A DNA stretch of 64,000 nt. Source: Minisyncoccota bacterium. GTDB lineage: Bacteria; Patescibacteriota; Minisyncoccia; Phycocordibacterales; JBAZVT01. Below, in pieces: positions 10,890 to 19,174 of this stretch (position 1 is the stretch's first letter; each line of letters begins with the position of its first letter). Under the pieces are notes generated by a model. The model was not told the origin of the DNA. It saw nothing but the letters and a program-made list of their open reading frames with translations, and made no database searches. The stretch lies in NCBI GenBank assembly GCA_041660745.1, contig JBAZVT010000002.1, positions 15,210 through 79,209 on the forward strand, in the 5' to 3' direction. The translations under genes were made by a program, and so were the position numbers.

Positions 10890-12317
10890 ATGATTGATAT
10901 AAAAAATCTGACAATTAAGAAGGCACATGAATCACTATTGAAGGGTGATTTTACCGTACGAGAACTTACAGAAACGTATCTTGCAGAAATACAGAAAAAG
11001 AATCCAGAAATTAATGCATATTTAGAAGTGTATACAGATGCTCTTGAACAAGCTGACGAGGCTGATAAAAGAATAAAGGCGGGGAAGGCAGATATTCTTA
11101 CGGGTATTCCTTTTGCAATAAAAGATAACCTTTTGATTAAGGGTAGAATTGCAAGTGCTTCGTCAAAGATGCTGGAGAAATATTGTGCAACATATACAGC
11201 TACTGCTGTACAGAGATTAGTTGAACAAGGTGCGGTTTTGCTTGGCCGAGCAAACATGGACGAATTTGCTATGGGTGGTTCCACAGAAAATTCTGCATAT
11301 GGTGTTACAAAAAATCCTCACGATATGAGCCGTGTTTCTGGGGGATCTTCGGGTGGTTCAGCGGCTGCGGTAGCTATGGATGGAGCTCTTGCTGCGCTCG
11401 GTACCGATACTGGCGGTTCTATTCGTCAGCCTTCAAGTTTTTGTGGAACAGTGGGTCTCAAACCGACATACGGATCTGTTTCTCGATACGGAGCTATTGC
11501 CATGGGTTCTTCTCTTGATCAGATTGGTCCAATAACAAAGACTGTTGAAGACGCAGAAATTATTTTTAATGTAATTAAGGGTGCAGATGGTTTTGACAGC
11601 ACTACAATTTCAGATACTACTTTTGCAAAAGAACCATATAAAGGAAAAAAGCCTGTTATTGGTATACCGACTGCGTTTTTGAATCAGGGTGGTATTGATG
11701 AGGCTGTCCTTGCAAACTTCAATGAGTCTGTAGAGAAATTCAAGAATCTTGGGTTTGAGGTCAAAGAAATTTCTTTGCCAAACATTGGATATTCTCTTGC
11801 AGTGTATTACGTGCTTATGCCTGCAGAAGTATCTGCAAACATGGCTCGTTTTGATGGTGTGAAATATGGCTTGCATAAAGATGGTGTAAACATGGTTGAT
11901 GATTACTTTGTTTCTCGCCGTGAAGGATTGGGTAGAGAAGTTCGTCGCCGTATCATGCTCGGCACGTACGTGCTTTCCACAGGTTACTACGATGCCTATT
12001 ACAACAAGGCAAACATCGTGCGTAATTTATTGCGAGAAGATTTCAAGAAAGCGTTTGAGACAGTGGATGTTATTTTAACACCTACAGCCCCGACACCAGC
12101 GTTTAAGATTGGCTCTAAGACAGAGGATCCTATTCAGATGTATCTTGAAGATATTTTTACGGTTACCGCAAACCTTGTCGGTGTTCCAGCACTCGCTGTG
12201 CCTTCAGGATTTGTGGAGCGAGAAGGAAAACAATTACCGCTTGGTATTCAGATTACAGCTGCTCATGGTAGGGAGGATACATTGTTTATGGTTGGAAAAG
12301 AATTTCGTAGTGAATAG
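10890..12317 (+). CDS. gatA: Asp-tRNA(Asn)/Glu-tRNA(Gln) amidotransferase subunit A (amidase)
   Basis: Amidase signature GGSSGGSAAAVA, 475 aa. Confidence 0.9.
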   Translation: MIDIKNLTIKKAHESLLKGDFTVRELTETYLAEIQKKNPEINAYLEVYTDALEQADEADKRIKAGKADILTGIPFAIKDNLLIKGRIASASSKMLEKYCATYTATAVQRLVEQGAVLLGRANMDEFAMGGSTENSAYGVTKNPHDMSRVSGGSSGGSAAAVAMDGALAALGTDTGGSIRQPSSFCGTVGLKPTYGSVSRYGAIAMGSSLDQIGPITKTVEDAEIIFNVIKGADGFDSTTISDTTFAKEPYKGKKPVIGIPTAFLNQGGIDEAVLANFNESVEKFKNLGFEVKEISLPNIGYSLAVYYVLMPAEVSANMARFDGVKYGLHKDGVNMVDDYFVSRREGLGREVRRRIMLGTYVLSTGYYDAYYNKANIVRNLLREDFKKAFETVDVILTPTAPTPAFKIGSKTEDPIQMYLEDIFTVTANLVGVPALAVPSGFVEREGKQLPLGIQITAAHGREDTLFMVGKEFRSE

Positions 12318-12379
12318 GAATCTATTTTTTGTGAGGGGTGTGGACAGTCACGATAAGAAAAAGTGATATAATAAAAAGC

Positions 12380-13105
12380 ATGGCTGATGATAAAAAACCA
12401 AAGGGGGGTGATAAGGGAAAGAAGCCAGCTGAAGCTGTTGCGCCAACTGGTTTTGGAGGTACTTCATTAACTCTTGAGGAGGCGATTTTGTTCGCTATTG
12501 TTATTGTTGTAATTTTTGTTGCAGTTGGTGGAACAATGTTTTTCAAAAGCTTTTCGATTTCTCCGCATTTTTTCTCAAACCTTTTTTATGGATTTTTGAA
12601 TTATTCTGTCGCATTCGGGCTAAGTGTCTTAGATTGGTTTAGCATTGTTTCTTTTGGACTTACATTTTCACTCTCAGTATTGATAGCTATTGTTTTCTTT
12701 AAAACTGATAAAATCGGACATGCTGAACATGAAAAATATTATCCTACCGACTCGAATAATTCTTTGATTGAAATGACTTCCAAGACCGTTAAAAATCAAA
12801 AATGGGAAAATATACTTTTGCATGTTTCTTCTGACAAACAGAATGACTGGAAGATTGCAATTCTTGAAGCTGATATTATGCTTGGTGATATGTTGGAGCG
12901 TATGGGGTACCGCGGAGAGGGTATTGGTGACATGTTGAAGTCTATTGAAAAAAGTGATTTCACTACTTTGGATAGCGCGTGGGAGGCCCACAAGATTCGA
13001 AATATGATTGCTCACGAAGGACAGGATTTCATTCTCACAGAACGAGAGGCACGCAGAGTTATTGAATTATATAAGGCCGTCTTTAATGAGTTTAAGTTAA
13101 TTTAG
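12380..13105 (+). CDS. membrane-anchored protein with C-terminal HEPN-like (Rx4H) domain
   Basis: Basic N-term, 2-3 TM helices, C-terminal …AHKIRNMIAHEGQDF… matches HEPN R-x4-6-H signature (DUF4145-like). Confidence 0.45.
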   Translation: MADDKKPKGGDKGKKPAEAVAPTGFGGTSLTLEEAILFAIVIVVIFVAVGGTMFFKSFSISPHFFSNLFYGFLNYSVAFGLSVLDWFSIVSFGLTFSLSVLIAIVFFKTDKIGHAEHEKYYPTDSNNSLIEMTSKTVKNQKWENILLHVSSDKQNDWKIAILEADIMLGDMLERMGYRGEGIGDMLKSIEKSDFTTLDSAWEAHKIRNMIAHEGQDFILTEREARRVIELYKAVFNEFKLI

Positions 13106-13149
13106 AATTCCTGGATAATTTTAAGTGAAAGTAGTATGAGGCCGACCCC

Positions 13150-13178
13150 TTGCGGTTTTTTGTATTATTTTGTATAAT
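13150..13178 (+). promoter_or_regulatory. sigma70-type promoter with extended -10 (TTGCGG-17-TGtTATAAT) upstream of initiator-like tRNA
   Basis: tgtataat at 13171-13178, TTG-containing -35 17 bp upstream. Confidence 0.45.
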
Positions 13179-13193
13179 AGTTCGACTGTTAAT

Positions 13194-13264
13194 CGCGGAG
13201 TAGAGAAGTAGTATCTCGGGAGGCTCATAACCTCCAGGCCTTGGTGCAATTCCAAGCTCCGCAA
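13194..13264 (+). tRNA. initiator-like tRNA-fMet (CAT) with degenerate D/T loops
   Basis: CGCGGAG…CTCCGCA-A acceptor with C1xA72 mismatch, A11:U24, anticodon loop CTCATAA, GC-rich anticodon stem, A73; strong similarity to E. coli tRNAfMet ends; D-loop AGTAGTA lacks GG and T-loop TGCAATT has G55. Confidence 0.5.
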
Positions 13265-13315
13265 CACATAACAAAAGAATCCCGAACTGGGGTTCTTTTG
13301 TTATGTGTTGCGGAG
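13257..13315. terminator. long perfect hairpin (23-bp stem, 13-nt loop) overlapping tRNA 3' end
   Basis: ctccgcaacacataacaaaagaa[tcccgaactgggg]ttcttttgttatgtgttgcggag. Confidence 0.5.
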
Positions 13316-13453
13316 AGAATACAAATAGTTTTGTATTCGTCAGGAATTGCAGGCCGGAGATATGTCGTGAGTCTTCGAGACGACATCGAGGCGGGGTTGA
13401 GAGTACTTTGGCTTTTGAAGGCTTTTGCGACAAAAGACTTAGTAACTCGTGAC

Positions 13454-13473
13454 CAATTCCAAGCTCCGCAACA
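13454..13473 (+). repeat. direct copy of initiator-like tRNA 3' terminal 20 nt (tRNA-linked repeat)
   Basis: caattccaagctccgcaaca identical to 13247-13266. Confidence 0.7.
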
Positions 13474-13475
13474 AT

Positions 13476-13512
13476 AAAGAAAAACACCTTCGTTCCGAAG
13501 GTGTTTTTCTTT
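13476..13512. terminator. bidirectional Rho-independent terminator between convergent tRNA units
   Basis: aaagaaaaacaccttcg-ttcc-gaaggtgtttttcttt. Confidence 0.75.
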
Positions 13513-13541
13513 ATGCGCGGCTGAGCGGGTTAAGACTTGAA
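13513..13541 (-). repeat. degenerate copy of tRNA-Asp 3' end (T-arm 3' half + acceptor 3' strand)
   Basis: minus strand reads ttcaagtc(ttaac)ccgctcagccgcgcat vs tRNA ggttcaagtccgctcagccgcgca. Confidence 0.6.
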
Positions 13542-13623
13542 TCTTACAGATTCAGTACAGGTTTCCCAAAATTAAAAATAAGAATTTTTGATTTTATGGG
13601 AGAACCTCTTCAAGTCCGCTACG

Positions 13624-13643
13624 GAAGCAAAGCAGTTTGCTTC
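13624..13643 (-). repeat. conserved hairpin motif gcaaactgctttgc (tRNA-spacer module)
   Basis: minus strand gaagcaaactgctttgcttc; same core recurs at 14108 and 14359 with compensatory outer-stem changes. Confidence 0.6.
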
Positions 13644-13684
13644 CTCAGCCGCAAAAAAACAGCCCTAAAGCTGTTTTTTCAATG

Positions 13685-13758
13685 CGCGGCTGAGCGGACT
13701 TGAACCGCCGACCCCTCGCGTGACAGGCGAGTGCTCTAACCAGCTGAGCTACAACCGC
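13685..13758 (-). tRNA. tRNA-Asp (GTC)
   Basis: rc: GCGGTTGTAGCTCAGCTGGTTAGAGCACTCGCCTGTCACGCGAGGGGTCGGCGGTTCAAGTCCGCTCAGCCGCG, anticodon loop CTGTCAC, discriminator G; followed by hairpin terminator. Confidence 0.85.
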
Positions 13759-13819
13759 ATAGGTTAACCATAAGAGGATATCAGATTAAACGTTTTTATT
13801 CAACCCTGAAGATCTCTTG

Positions 13820-13893
13820 TGTCGGCGGATGGGATCGAACCATCTACCTTGGGCTTATGAGTCCCACGCTCTAACCAATTGAGCTACGCCGAC
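13820..13893 (-). tRNA. tRNA-Met (CAT), elongator-type (G1-C72 paired)
   Basis: rc: GTCGGCGTAGCTCAATTGGTTAGAGCGTGGGACTCATAAGCCCAAGGTAGATGGTTCGATCCCATCCGCCGACA. Confidence 0.8.
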
Positions 13894-14007
13894 ATTCTCT
13901 TATATTATCCACAAAAAACGACTTTTCGCAATATGGGGTTTGAAAATTTGATTGAAAAAACTGAGTATCTATAGTATGCTCTTCGTATACATTTTTTAAT
14001 TGTATAA

Positions 14008-14080
14008 GCCGTTGTAGCTCAGTCGGTAGAGCACGTCATTGGTAATGACGAGGTCACCAGTTCAATCCTGGTCAACGGCT
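14008..14080 (+). tRNA. tRNA-Thr (GGT)
   Basis: GCCGTTGTAGCTCAGTCGGTAGAGCACGTCATTGGTAATGACGAGGTCACCAGTTCAATCCTGGTCAACGGCT. Confidence 0.85.
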
Positions 14081-14107
14081 CAAGCGCAAAGCGATTGGGC
14101 TGTTGAA

Positions 14108-14129
14108 GCACGCAAACTGCTTTGCGTGC
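14108..14129 (+). repeat. conserved hairpin motif gcaaactgctttgc + inverted T-loop fragment (14132-14143 ccaggattgaac)
   Basis: gcacgcaaactgctttgcgtgc; followed by reverse complement of tRNA T-loop/stem. Confidence 0.6.
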
Positions 14130-14225
14130 GCCCAGGATTGAACGGCGGAACTATATTTTTCAGTAGAAAAATAAGTGAGCTGGTGCCTAGGCAAAACTTT
14201 TTGACGAAAAAGTTTTAGTCGCGGG

Positions 14226-14244
14226 CAATCCCGCTCAACGGCTC
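14226..14244 (+). repeat. degenerate copy of tRNA-Thr(GGT) 3' end
   Basis: caatcccgctcaacggctc vs tRNA caatcctggtcaacggctc (17/19), forms own mini T-arm hairpin gcggg-caat-cccgc. Confidence 0.6.
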
Positions 14245-14261
14245 TATTTTAAAAAACGCAA

Positions 14262-14334
14262 GCCACCTTAGCTCAGTTGGTAGAGCACTACTTTCGTAAA
14301 GTAGGGGTCCGCAGTTCGATCCTGCGAGGTGGCT
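14262..14334 (+). tRNA. tRNA-Thr (CGT)
   Basis: GCCACCTTAGCTCAGTTGGTAGAGCACTACTTTCGTAAAGTAGGGGTCCGCAGTTCGATCCTGCGAGGTGGCT. Confidence 0.85.
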
Positions 14335-14358
14335 CTGAATCCGTGAAGAGACAACACA

Positions 14359-14380
14359 GTAAGCAAACTGCTTTGCTTAC
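14359..14380 (+). repeat. conserved hairpin motif gcaaactgctttgc + inverted T-loop fragment (14383-14393 gcaggatcgaa)
   Basis: gtaagcaaactgctttgcttac then rc of ttcgatcctgc. Confidence 0.6.
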
Positions 14381-14444
14381 GGCAGGATCGAAAGGGTTTT
14401 CCTTATCGAGTCTTTGAGATGGAAAACCACCTGGCTACGTGGTA

Positions 14445-14478
14445 GTCGATCCTGCGAGGTGGCTCCGAATCTGTGAAG
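14445..14478 (+). repeat. direct copy of tRNA-Thr(CGT) 3' end plus 15 nt of 3' flank
   Basis: gtcgatcctgcgaggtggctccgaatctgtgaag vs gttcgatcctgcgaggtggctctgaatccgtgaag. Confidence 0.7.
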
Positions 14479-14528
14479 GGGAATAGATTAAGCTTTATTT
14501 TTGAAGCTATTTTTCCTCTTGACTTTTT

Positions 14529-14556
14529 ATAACCTATAACCTAGGATATAGGTTAT
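14529..14556. promoter_or_regulatory. candidate CsoR operator: perfect 10-bp inverted repeat ATAACCTATA-N8-TATAGGTTAT
   Basis: Palindrome ~30 bp upstream of csoR start, overlapping likely promoter. Confidence 0.45.
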
Positions 14557-14586
14557 ATTACTTTTAACAAATTCACGAAAAACACT

Positions 14587-14859
14587 ATGCAAGAGCATAT
14601 ACTTACAACCAACAAACAAAAAGCTCAGAAATTGAGTAGGCAGGCGGCAGGCATTATGAAGAAGGTTTTGGATATGGTAGATCAGGACTCCTATTGCCCA
14701 GAAGTTATTCAACAGGTGGATGCCGTCGTCGGTTTGCTTACAAGTGCGAAGAAAGAATTGCTTAAAGGGCACCTCGGACATTGCTTGGAGCACAGAATGC
14801 ATGAGAATAAAAAACAGACTGTAGACGAGCTTTTGAAGATTTATAATCTTTCACGCTAA
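14587..14859 (+). CDS. csoR: CsoR/RcnR-family metal-sensing transcriptional repressor
   Basis: YCPEVIQQVDAV…HLGHCL (C-H-C metal ligands), 90 aa, immediately upstream of copA. Confidence 0.8.
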   Translation: MQEHILTTNKQKAQKLSRQAAGIMKKVLDMVDQDSYCPEVIQQVDAVVGLLTSAKKELLKGHLGHCLEHRMHENKKQTVDELLKIYNLSR

Positions 14860-14871
14860 ATTAAAATTAAT

Positions 14872-17172
14872 ATGGCAGTTTTCAAAATAAAAGGTATACA
14901 TTGCGCAAGCTGTGCGGCGATCATTAGTAAAAGCATTACAAAGCTCGGTGGGATAAAGAGTGTTGATGTTAATTTTGCAACTGAAAAAGCTAAAATTGAT
15001 TTTGACCAAGATCTAGTATCTTTGGATGACATGAATAATGCAATCGATAAACTCGGATATACTCTCTACCAAGATGTGCATGCAGGTAATGGTGGTCATG
15101 TTATGTCTAATGGCGATCGCATGTCTGGAATGGATCATTCTGAGCACTCGGGTATTGGTGTTTCAAAAGATGATAAGTTAAAAGAACTTCACGTACACAA
15201 AGTGAAAATCAGATTTGCGTTACCAGTATCGCTGGTGGTGTTTGCGATTATGATGTGGGATATTGTTTCTCGAACGTTTACGGGTATTCCTAAAATACCG
15301 GTATCAATGGAAATTTTTAATACTGTCTTTATGATTGTAGCTACGGTGGTTATGTTCTGGATTGGAAAACCGTTTCTTGAGGGCGTGATTAGATTCATAA
15401 AATACCGTGTCGCGAATATGGATACGCTTATTGGTATTGGTACTCTCGTCGCATATCTCTACAGTGTTTTTGTGACGCTGTTTCCCGTTGCCCGTGAGGC
15501 GCTTGGACTTCCGGAGTTCACGTATTTTGATGTAACAATTGTTGTTATAGGCTTTGTTGCTTTTGGAAAATATCTTGAAGCGCGATCAAAACTTAAGACT
15601 GGAGAAGCAATTGAAAAATTGTTGGGATTGCAGGCAAAAATAGCTCTTGTGGTGCGGGATGGAAAAGAAATAGAAATACCCGTAAGTGATGTTGTCATTG
15701 GCGATATTATAATCGTTAAGCCTGGGACAAAAATTCCTGTTGATGGAGAAATAATAGAAGGTGCGTCTAGTATAGATGAATCCATGGTTACAGGTGAGTC
15801 AATTCCTTCTGATAAGAAAGTGGGAGATCTAGTTGTAGGTTCGACCATTAACAAGCAGGGGCATTTTAAATTCAAAGCGACGCGTGTTGGTTCTGATACG
15901 CTTCTTGCTCAGATTGTAAAAATGGTTGAAGAAGCACAGGGGTCCAAAGCGCCCATTCAAGAATTGGCCGACAAAATTTCAGGAATTTTTACTCCTATTG
16001 TTCTTGGCATTGCAATTCTCACGCTGGTATTGTGGCTCACTGTTGGTACAGCGGCATTAGGTTTCACCGCAGCGTTATCGTATGGAATATTGTGTTTTGT
16101 TGGAATCTTAGTTATTGCATGTCCATGTGCTCTTGGACTCGCAACACCAACTGCAATTATTGTCGGTGTTGGTAAGGGTGCTGAAAATGGGATCTTGGTT
16201 AAAGATGCAGAAAGTTTACAGAAATTAAGTACAGTGGATACAGTTGTGATGGATAAGACCGGCACGATCACAAAAGGAAAACCAGAAGTTACTAATATTG
16301 TCGTTATTGATAAAACTCTCACGGAAACAGACGTGTTAAGATTTGCAGGAAGCATAGAGAAAATGTCAGAACACCCTCTTGCCCAAGCTATCGTTGATAG
16401 TGCACAAAGTAAAAATATTACTTTTGTTGACATAGAAGGTTTTACAGCTCTAGAAGGGGTGGGGGTTAAGGGTATGGTTGCGGGTCAGATATTGTCGGTA
16501 TGTAAACCTTCGAGCGGTGACACAAAATATACTGAGGTTAAGGAATTGCAGGGGCAGGGAAAAACTGTGGTCATTGTTGAAATGGGCGGTAAGAATATAG
16601 GCCTGATTGCTCTTAGTGACACACTGAAAAATGAGGCAAAACAGGCCATAGAGGCACTCCATAAGAAAGGGGTGCGCGTTGTTATGCTTACAGGTGACAA
16701 TACCCTTGCTGCGCATTATATAGCTAATCAAGCGGGTATAGACGAAGTAATAGCTGAAGTATTGCCTCAGGAAAAGGCTCTTAAAATAAAGGAATTGCAG
16801 GCGCAGGGAAGAGTGGTTGCTATGGCGGGAGATGGGGTCAACGATGCACCCGCCCTTGTTCAGGCTGATGTGGGAATTGCTATGGCGACAGGTGCGGATA
16901 TTGCGATTGAGTCTGCGGGAATTACACTTCTTCATGGTGATATAGGAAAATTAGTGAAGGCGATTGTGTTGTCGAAATCAACAATGCGTACTGTTAAACA
17001 AAATTTGTTTTGGGCATTTATTTATAATGTAATTGGAATACCGATTGCAGCAGGTCTCTTGTTCCCATTTTTCGGCATTGTATTAAATCCAGTGTTTGCC
17101 GGAGCGGCAATGGCATTCTCGAGTGTTTCGGTGGTAACAAACTCCCTTAGACTTAAGCTCAGATCTTTATAA
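14872..17172 (+). CDS. copA: copper-translocating P1B-type ATPase
   Basis: N-terminal HMA ([10 protein letters not shown]), CPC motif ([11 protein letters not shown]), [15 protein letters not shown]. Confidence 0.9.
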   Translation: MAVFKIKGIHCASCAAIISKSITKLGGIKSVDVNFATEKAKIDFDQDLVSLDDMNNAIDKLGYTLYQDVHAGNGGHVMSNGDRMSGMDHSEHSGIGVSKDDKLKELHVHKVKIRFALPVSLVVFAIMMWDIVSRTFTGIPKIPVSMEIFNTVFMIVATVVMFWIGKPFLEGVIRFIKYRVANMDTLIGIGTLVAYLYSVFVTLFPVAREALGLPEFTYFDVTIVVIGFVAFGKYLEARSKLKTGEAIEKLLGLQAKIALVVRDGKEIEIPVSDVVIGDIIIVKPGTKIPVDGEIIEGASSIDESMVTGESIPSDKKVGDLVVGSTINKQGHFKFKATRVGSDTLLAQIVKMVEEAQGSKAPIQELADKISGIFTPIVLGIAILTLVLWLTVGTAALGFTAALSYGILCFVGILVIACPCALGLATPTAIIVGVGKGAENGILVKDAESLQKLSTVDTVVMDKTGTITKGKPEVTNIVVIDKTLTETDVLRFAGSIEKMSEHPLAQAIVDSAQSKNITFVDIEGFTALEGVGVKGMVAGQILSVCKPSSGDTKYTEVKELQGQGKTVVIVEMGGKNIGLIALSDTLKNEAKQAIEALHKKGVRVVMLTGDNTLAAHYIANQAGIDEVIAEVLPQEKALKIKELQAQGRVVAMAGDGVNDAPALVQADVGIAMATGADIAIESAGITLLHGDIGKLVKAIVLSKSTMRTVKQNLFWAFIYNVIGIPIAAGLLFPFFGIVLNPVFAGAAMAFSSVSVVTNSLRLKLRSL

Positions 17173-17202
17173 TAATCTAAACGTTAAATATGAATCAAAA
17201 AG

Positions 17203-17335
17203 TAACTTGTCTGTACAAACTTCAAAATTTCGGCTGCAAACTACTCATCGCTCGTCAAGAGAGTTGTCTATCTTTCCTTACGCTTTGCAGTTTTCGCTCG
17301 AAATTTTTAAGTTTGTTTCAGACATTAGATTATTA
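17203..17335. repeat. dispersed intergenic repeat, copy R1 (imperfect long hairpin)
   Basis: ~70% identical to 62731-62862; shared blocks aacttg…tctg, aaatttYggctgcaaa, ttttcgctcRaaat, agacattagatt; internal 17-nt IR caaacttcaaaatttcg/cgaaatttttaagtttg. Confidence 0.6.
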
Positions 17336-17359
17336 TAAAGCTCTTTAAAATTATAATTT

Positions 17360-18382
17360 ATGAAAACATACACATTTCATGTTCATGGTATGCACTGCGC
17401 TTCTTGTACGGTCCTTATCGAAGGAGAGTTGAAGAAGCATTCTTCGGTGCGAGATGTAAATGCGAGTCTCTCTGGGAAAACAGTAACAATTAATGGCAAT
17501 TTTGATATAACCGAACCCCAGGCACTTGTCGCTGCTCTTGGAGAAGTTATTAAACCTTTCGGGTATACACTGTCTCTTGAGCGGGAAGAAAAAAAGAAAA
17601 TCCTGTGGAAAGAATTTTACATTGCAGTTCCGATTGCACTCGCATTCATTACTCTCTTCATTGTTTTGCAAAAGACAGGAATAGTTGATATTAATCCATC
17701 ACAAATGGGGTTAGGAGCAGTGTTTGCTATTGGTTTAGTTGCCTCAGTCTCTTCGTGTATGGCAGTTGTTGGAGGATTGTTACTTTCACTTTCTGCAACA
17801 TTTGCAAAGGAAAGTAGTCGTGTTTCTTCTCATGTTCTTTTTCATGCTGGGAGAATCGTCGGGTTCTTTGCTTTAGGCGGTGTGCTTGGTGCTCTTGGTT
17901 CTGTACTACAAATAAGTTTCTGGGTTCAGGCGATAATTGGAATTGTTATTGGTGTGCTTATGGTAATACTCGGTATTAACTTGATGGAAGTATTCCCTTG
18001 GATGAAAAAATTACAACCAACATTACCAAAAGGTATTTCAAAAAAAATGTTGGGGAGTGCTAATATGATTACAGGGATTGCTCCCGTGTTAGTAGGTATA
18101 GCTACATTTTTCTTGCCTTGTGGGTTCACTCAGTCTATGCAGCTTTATGCGCTTTCAACGGGTAGTTTTTGGTCTGGGGCAATGACGATGTTTGTATTTA
18201 CGCTCGGTACATTACCGGTCCTTGCTCTGATTAGTTTTGGAGCGTTCGCTTTAGGTAAAAAACGTGCGTATTCAGGAGTATTTTTCAAGGCAATTGGTAT
18301 AATAGTAATTTCATTTGCGTTGTTTAATATAGCGAACAGCTTCGCAGTGCTAGGTGTTATTCCTTCACTATTTAGTTTTTAA
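17360..18382 (+). CDS. HMA-domain-fused polytopic membrane protein (DsbD_2/TauE-like permease family)
   Basis: N-terminal MKTYTFHVHGMHCASCTVLIEG heavy-metal-associated domain, then ~8 TM helices with LPCG motif. Confidence 0.55.
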   Translation: MKTYTFHVHGMHCASCTVLIEGELKKHSSVRDVNASLSGKTVTINGNFDITEPQALVAALGEVIKPFGYTLSLEREEKKKILWKEFYIAVPIALAFITLFIVLQKTGIVDINPSQMGLGAVFAIGLVASVSSCMAVVGGLLLSLSATFAKESSRVSSHVLFHAGRIVGFFALGGVLGALGSVLQISFWVQAIIGIVIGVLMVILGINLMEVFPWMKKLQPTLPKGISKKMLGSANMITGIAPVLVGIATFFLPCGFTQSMQLYALSTGSFWSGAMTMFVFTLGTLPVLALISFGAFALGKKRAYSGVFFKAIGIIVISFALFNIANSFAVLGVIPSLFSF

Positions 18383-18398
18383 CTTTTAAAAAATTATA

Positions 18399-18827
18399 AT
18401 GAAAACATCAATTATACTATCGGTTCTGTTAGCGGGTGGAATGATATATGGAGCATACTACCTTACGAGCACTGCACCATCAGGCTCTGCTCAAATAATC
18501 AACAATTCTGGTCCTGGTGGAAATATCGATGCTTCAAAGGCTGTCGTTGTGGATGAGAATGGTACTCAGATTATTACTATTACTGCAGGACGAGGGTATT
18601 TCCCACAATCTGTTACAGCAAAGGCGGATCTACCATCGGTAATTAGAATGGTAAGTACAAACTCTTACAGTTGCGCAGCGTTTCTAGTAATTCCTTCTCT
18701 TAAATTCCAGGGAAATTTGTCAGCGTCTGCACCAACTGATATTCCAGTTCCTGCACAGAAAGCGGGGGAAGTCATTCGTGGTACGTGTGCAATGGGAATG
18801 TATAGCTTTGCAATAAAGTTTGAATAG
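18399..18827 (+). CDS. exported hypothetical protein (possible metal-binding, copper cluster)
   Basis: Signal/TM N-term, C-terminal GTCAMGMY; co-oriented after HMA-permease. Confidence 0.4.
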   Translation: MKTSIILSVLLAGGMIYGAYYLTSTAPSGSAQIINNSGPGGNIDASKAVVVDENGTQIITITAGRGYFPQSVTAKADLPSVIRMVSTNSYSCAAFLVIPSLKFQGNLSASAPTDIPVPAQKAGEVIRGTCAMGMYSFAIKFE

Positions 18828-18852
18828 TTTCGAAAATAGTTTAAAAAGAAAA

Positions 18853-18880
18853 GCCTCGGCCGTTGTGGCCGGGGCTTTTT
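18853..18880. terminator. bidirectional Rho-independent terminator
   Basis: gcctcggcc-gttgt-ggccggggc + TTTTT. Confidence 0.8.
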
Positions 18881-18888
18881 GCAATATT

Positions 18889-19107
18889 TTATACCGGGTG
18901 ATAGGATGAACCCGGTTCTGCGCGAAGTAGCTTCGCGTAAAGTTCGCTCGAGTTATGCGGGTCCTCGGCAAACACCCACGCGATCTCTTTGGGTGTTTCG
19001 GCGCCAACGTGAGGCTTCGCCGACACTTGCCCGATAAGGACTTGTACCACTGCCGCATCGTATCCATCTCCTAAGGATGGGGACTCGAGCGGCTTTTTTA
19101 TACCCAT
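18889..19107 (-). CDS. small hypothetical protein (73 aa) in locally GC-rich segment
   Basis: MGIKKPLESPSLGDGYDAAVVQVLIGQVSAKPHVGAETPKEIAWVFAEDPHNSSELYAKLLRAEPGSSYHPV; AAGGAAAA SD-like 8 nt upstream; GC visibly ~55% vs ~38% surroundings. Confidence 0.5.
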   Translation of the reverse strand: MGIKKPLESPSLGDGYDAAVVQVLIGQVSAKPHVGAETPKEIAWVFAEDPHNSSELYAKLLRAEPGSSYHPV

Positions 19108-19174
19108 TTTCCTTTTGTGTTCATGAAGCTTGTTTTGGGCTATAATTAACATATTATAAATTTGTAAACTAACA

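Noticed and set aside
13092-13703. ORFs 13092-13487(-), 13241-13477(+), 13449-13703(+) across the tRNA spacer region
   Set aside because: Region is filled with tRNA genes, hairpins and terminators; ORFs read through palindromes and are not credible.
15189-16935. Several 60-160-aa ORFs on the minus strand inside copA (15189-15398, 15459-15875, 15957-16433, 16450-16935)
   Set aside because: They lie antisense within a well-supported 766-aa P-type ATPase ORF; low-complexity translations typical of antisense frames.
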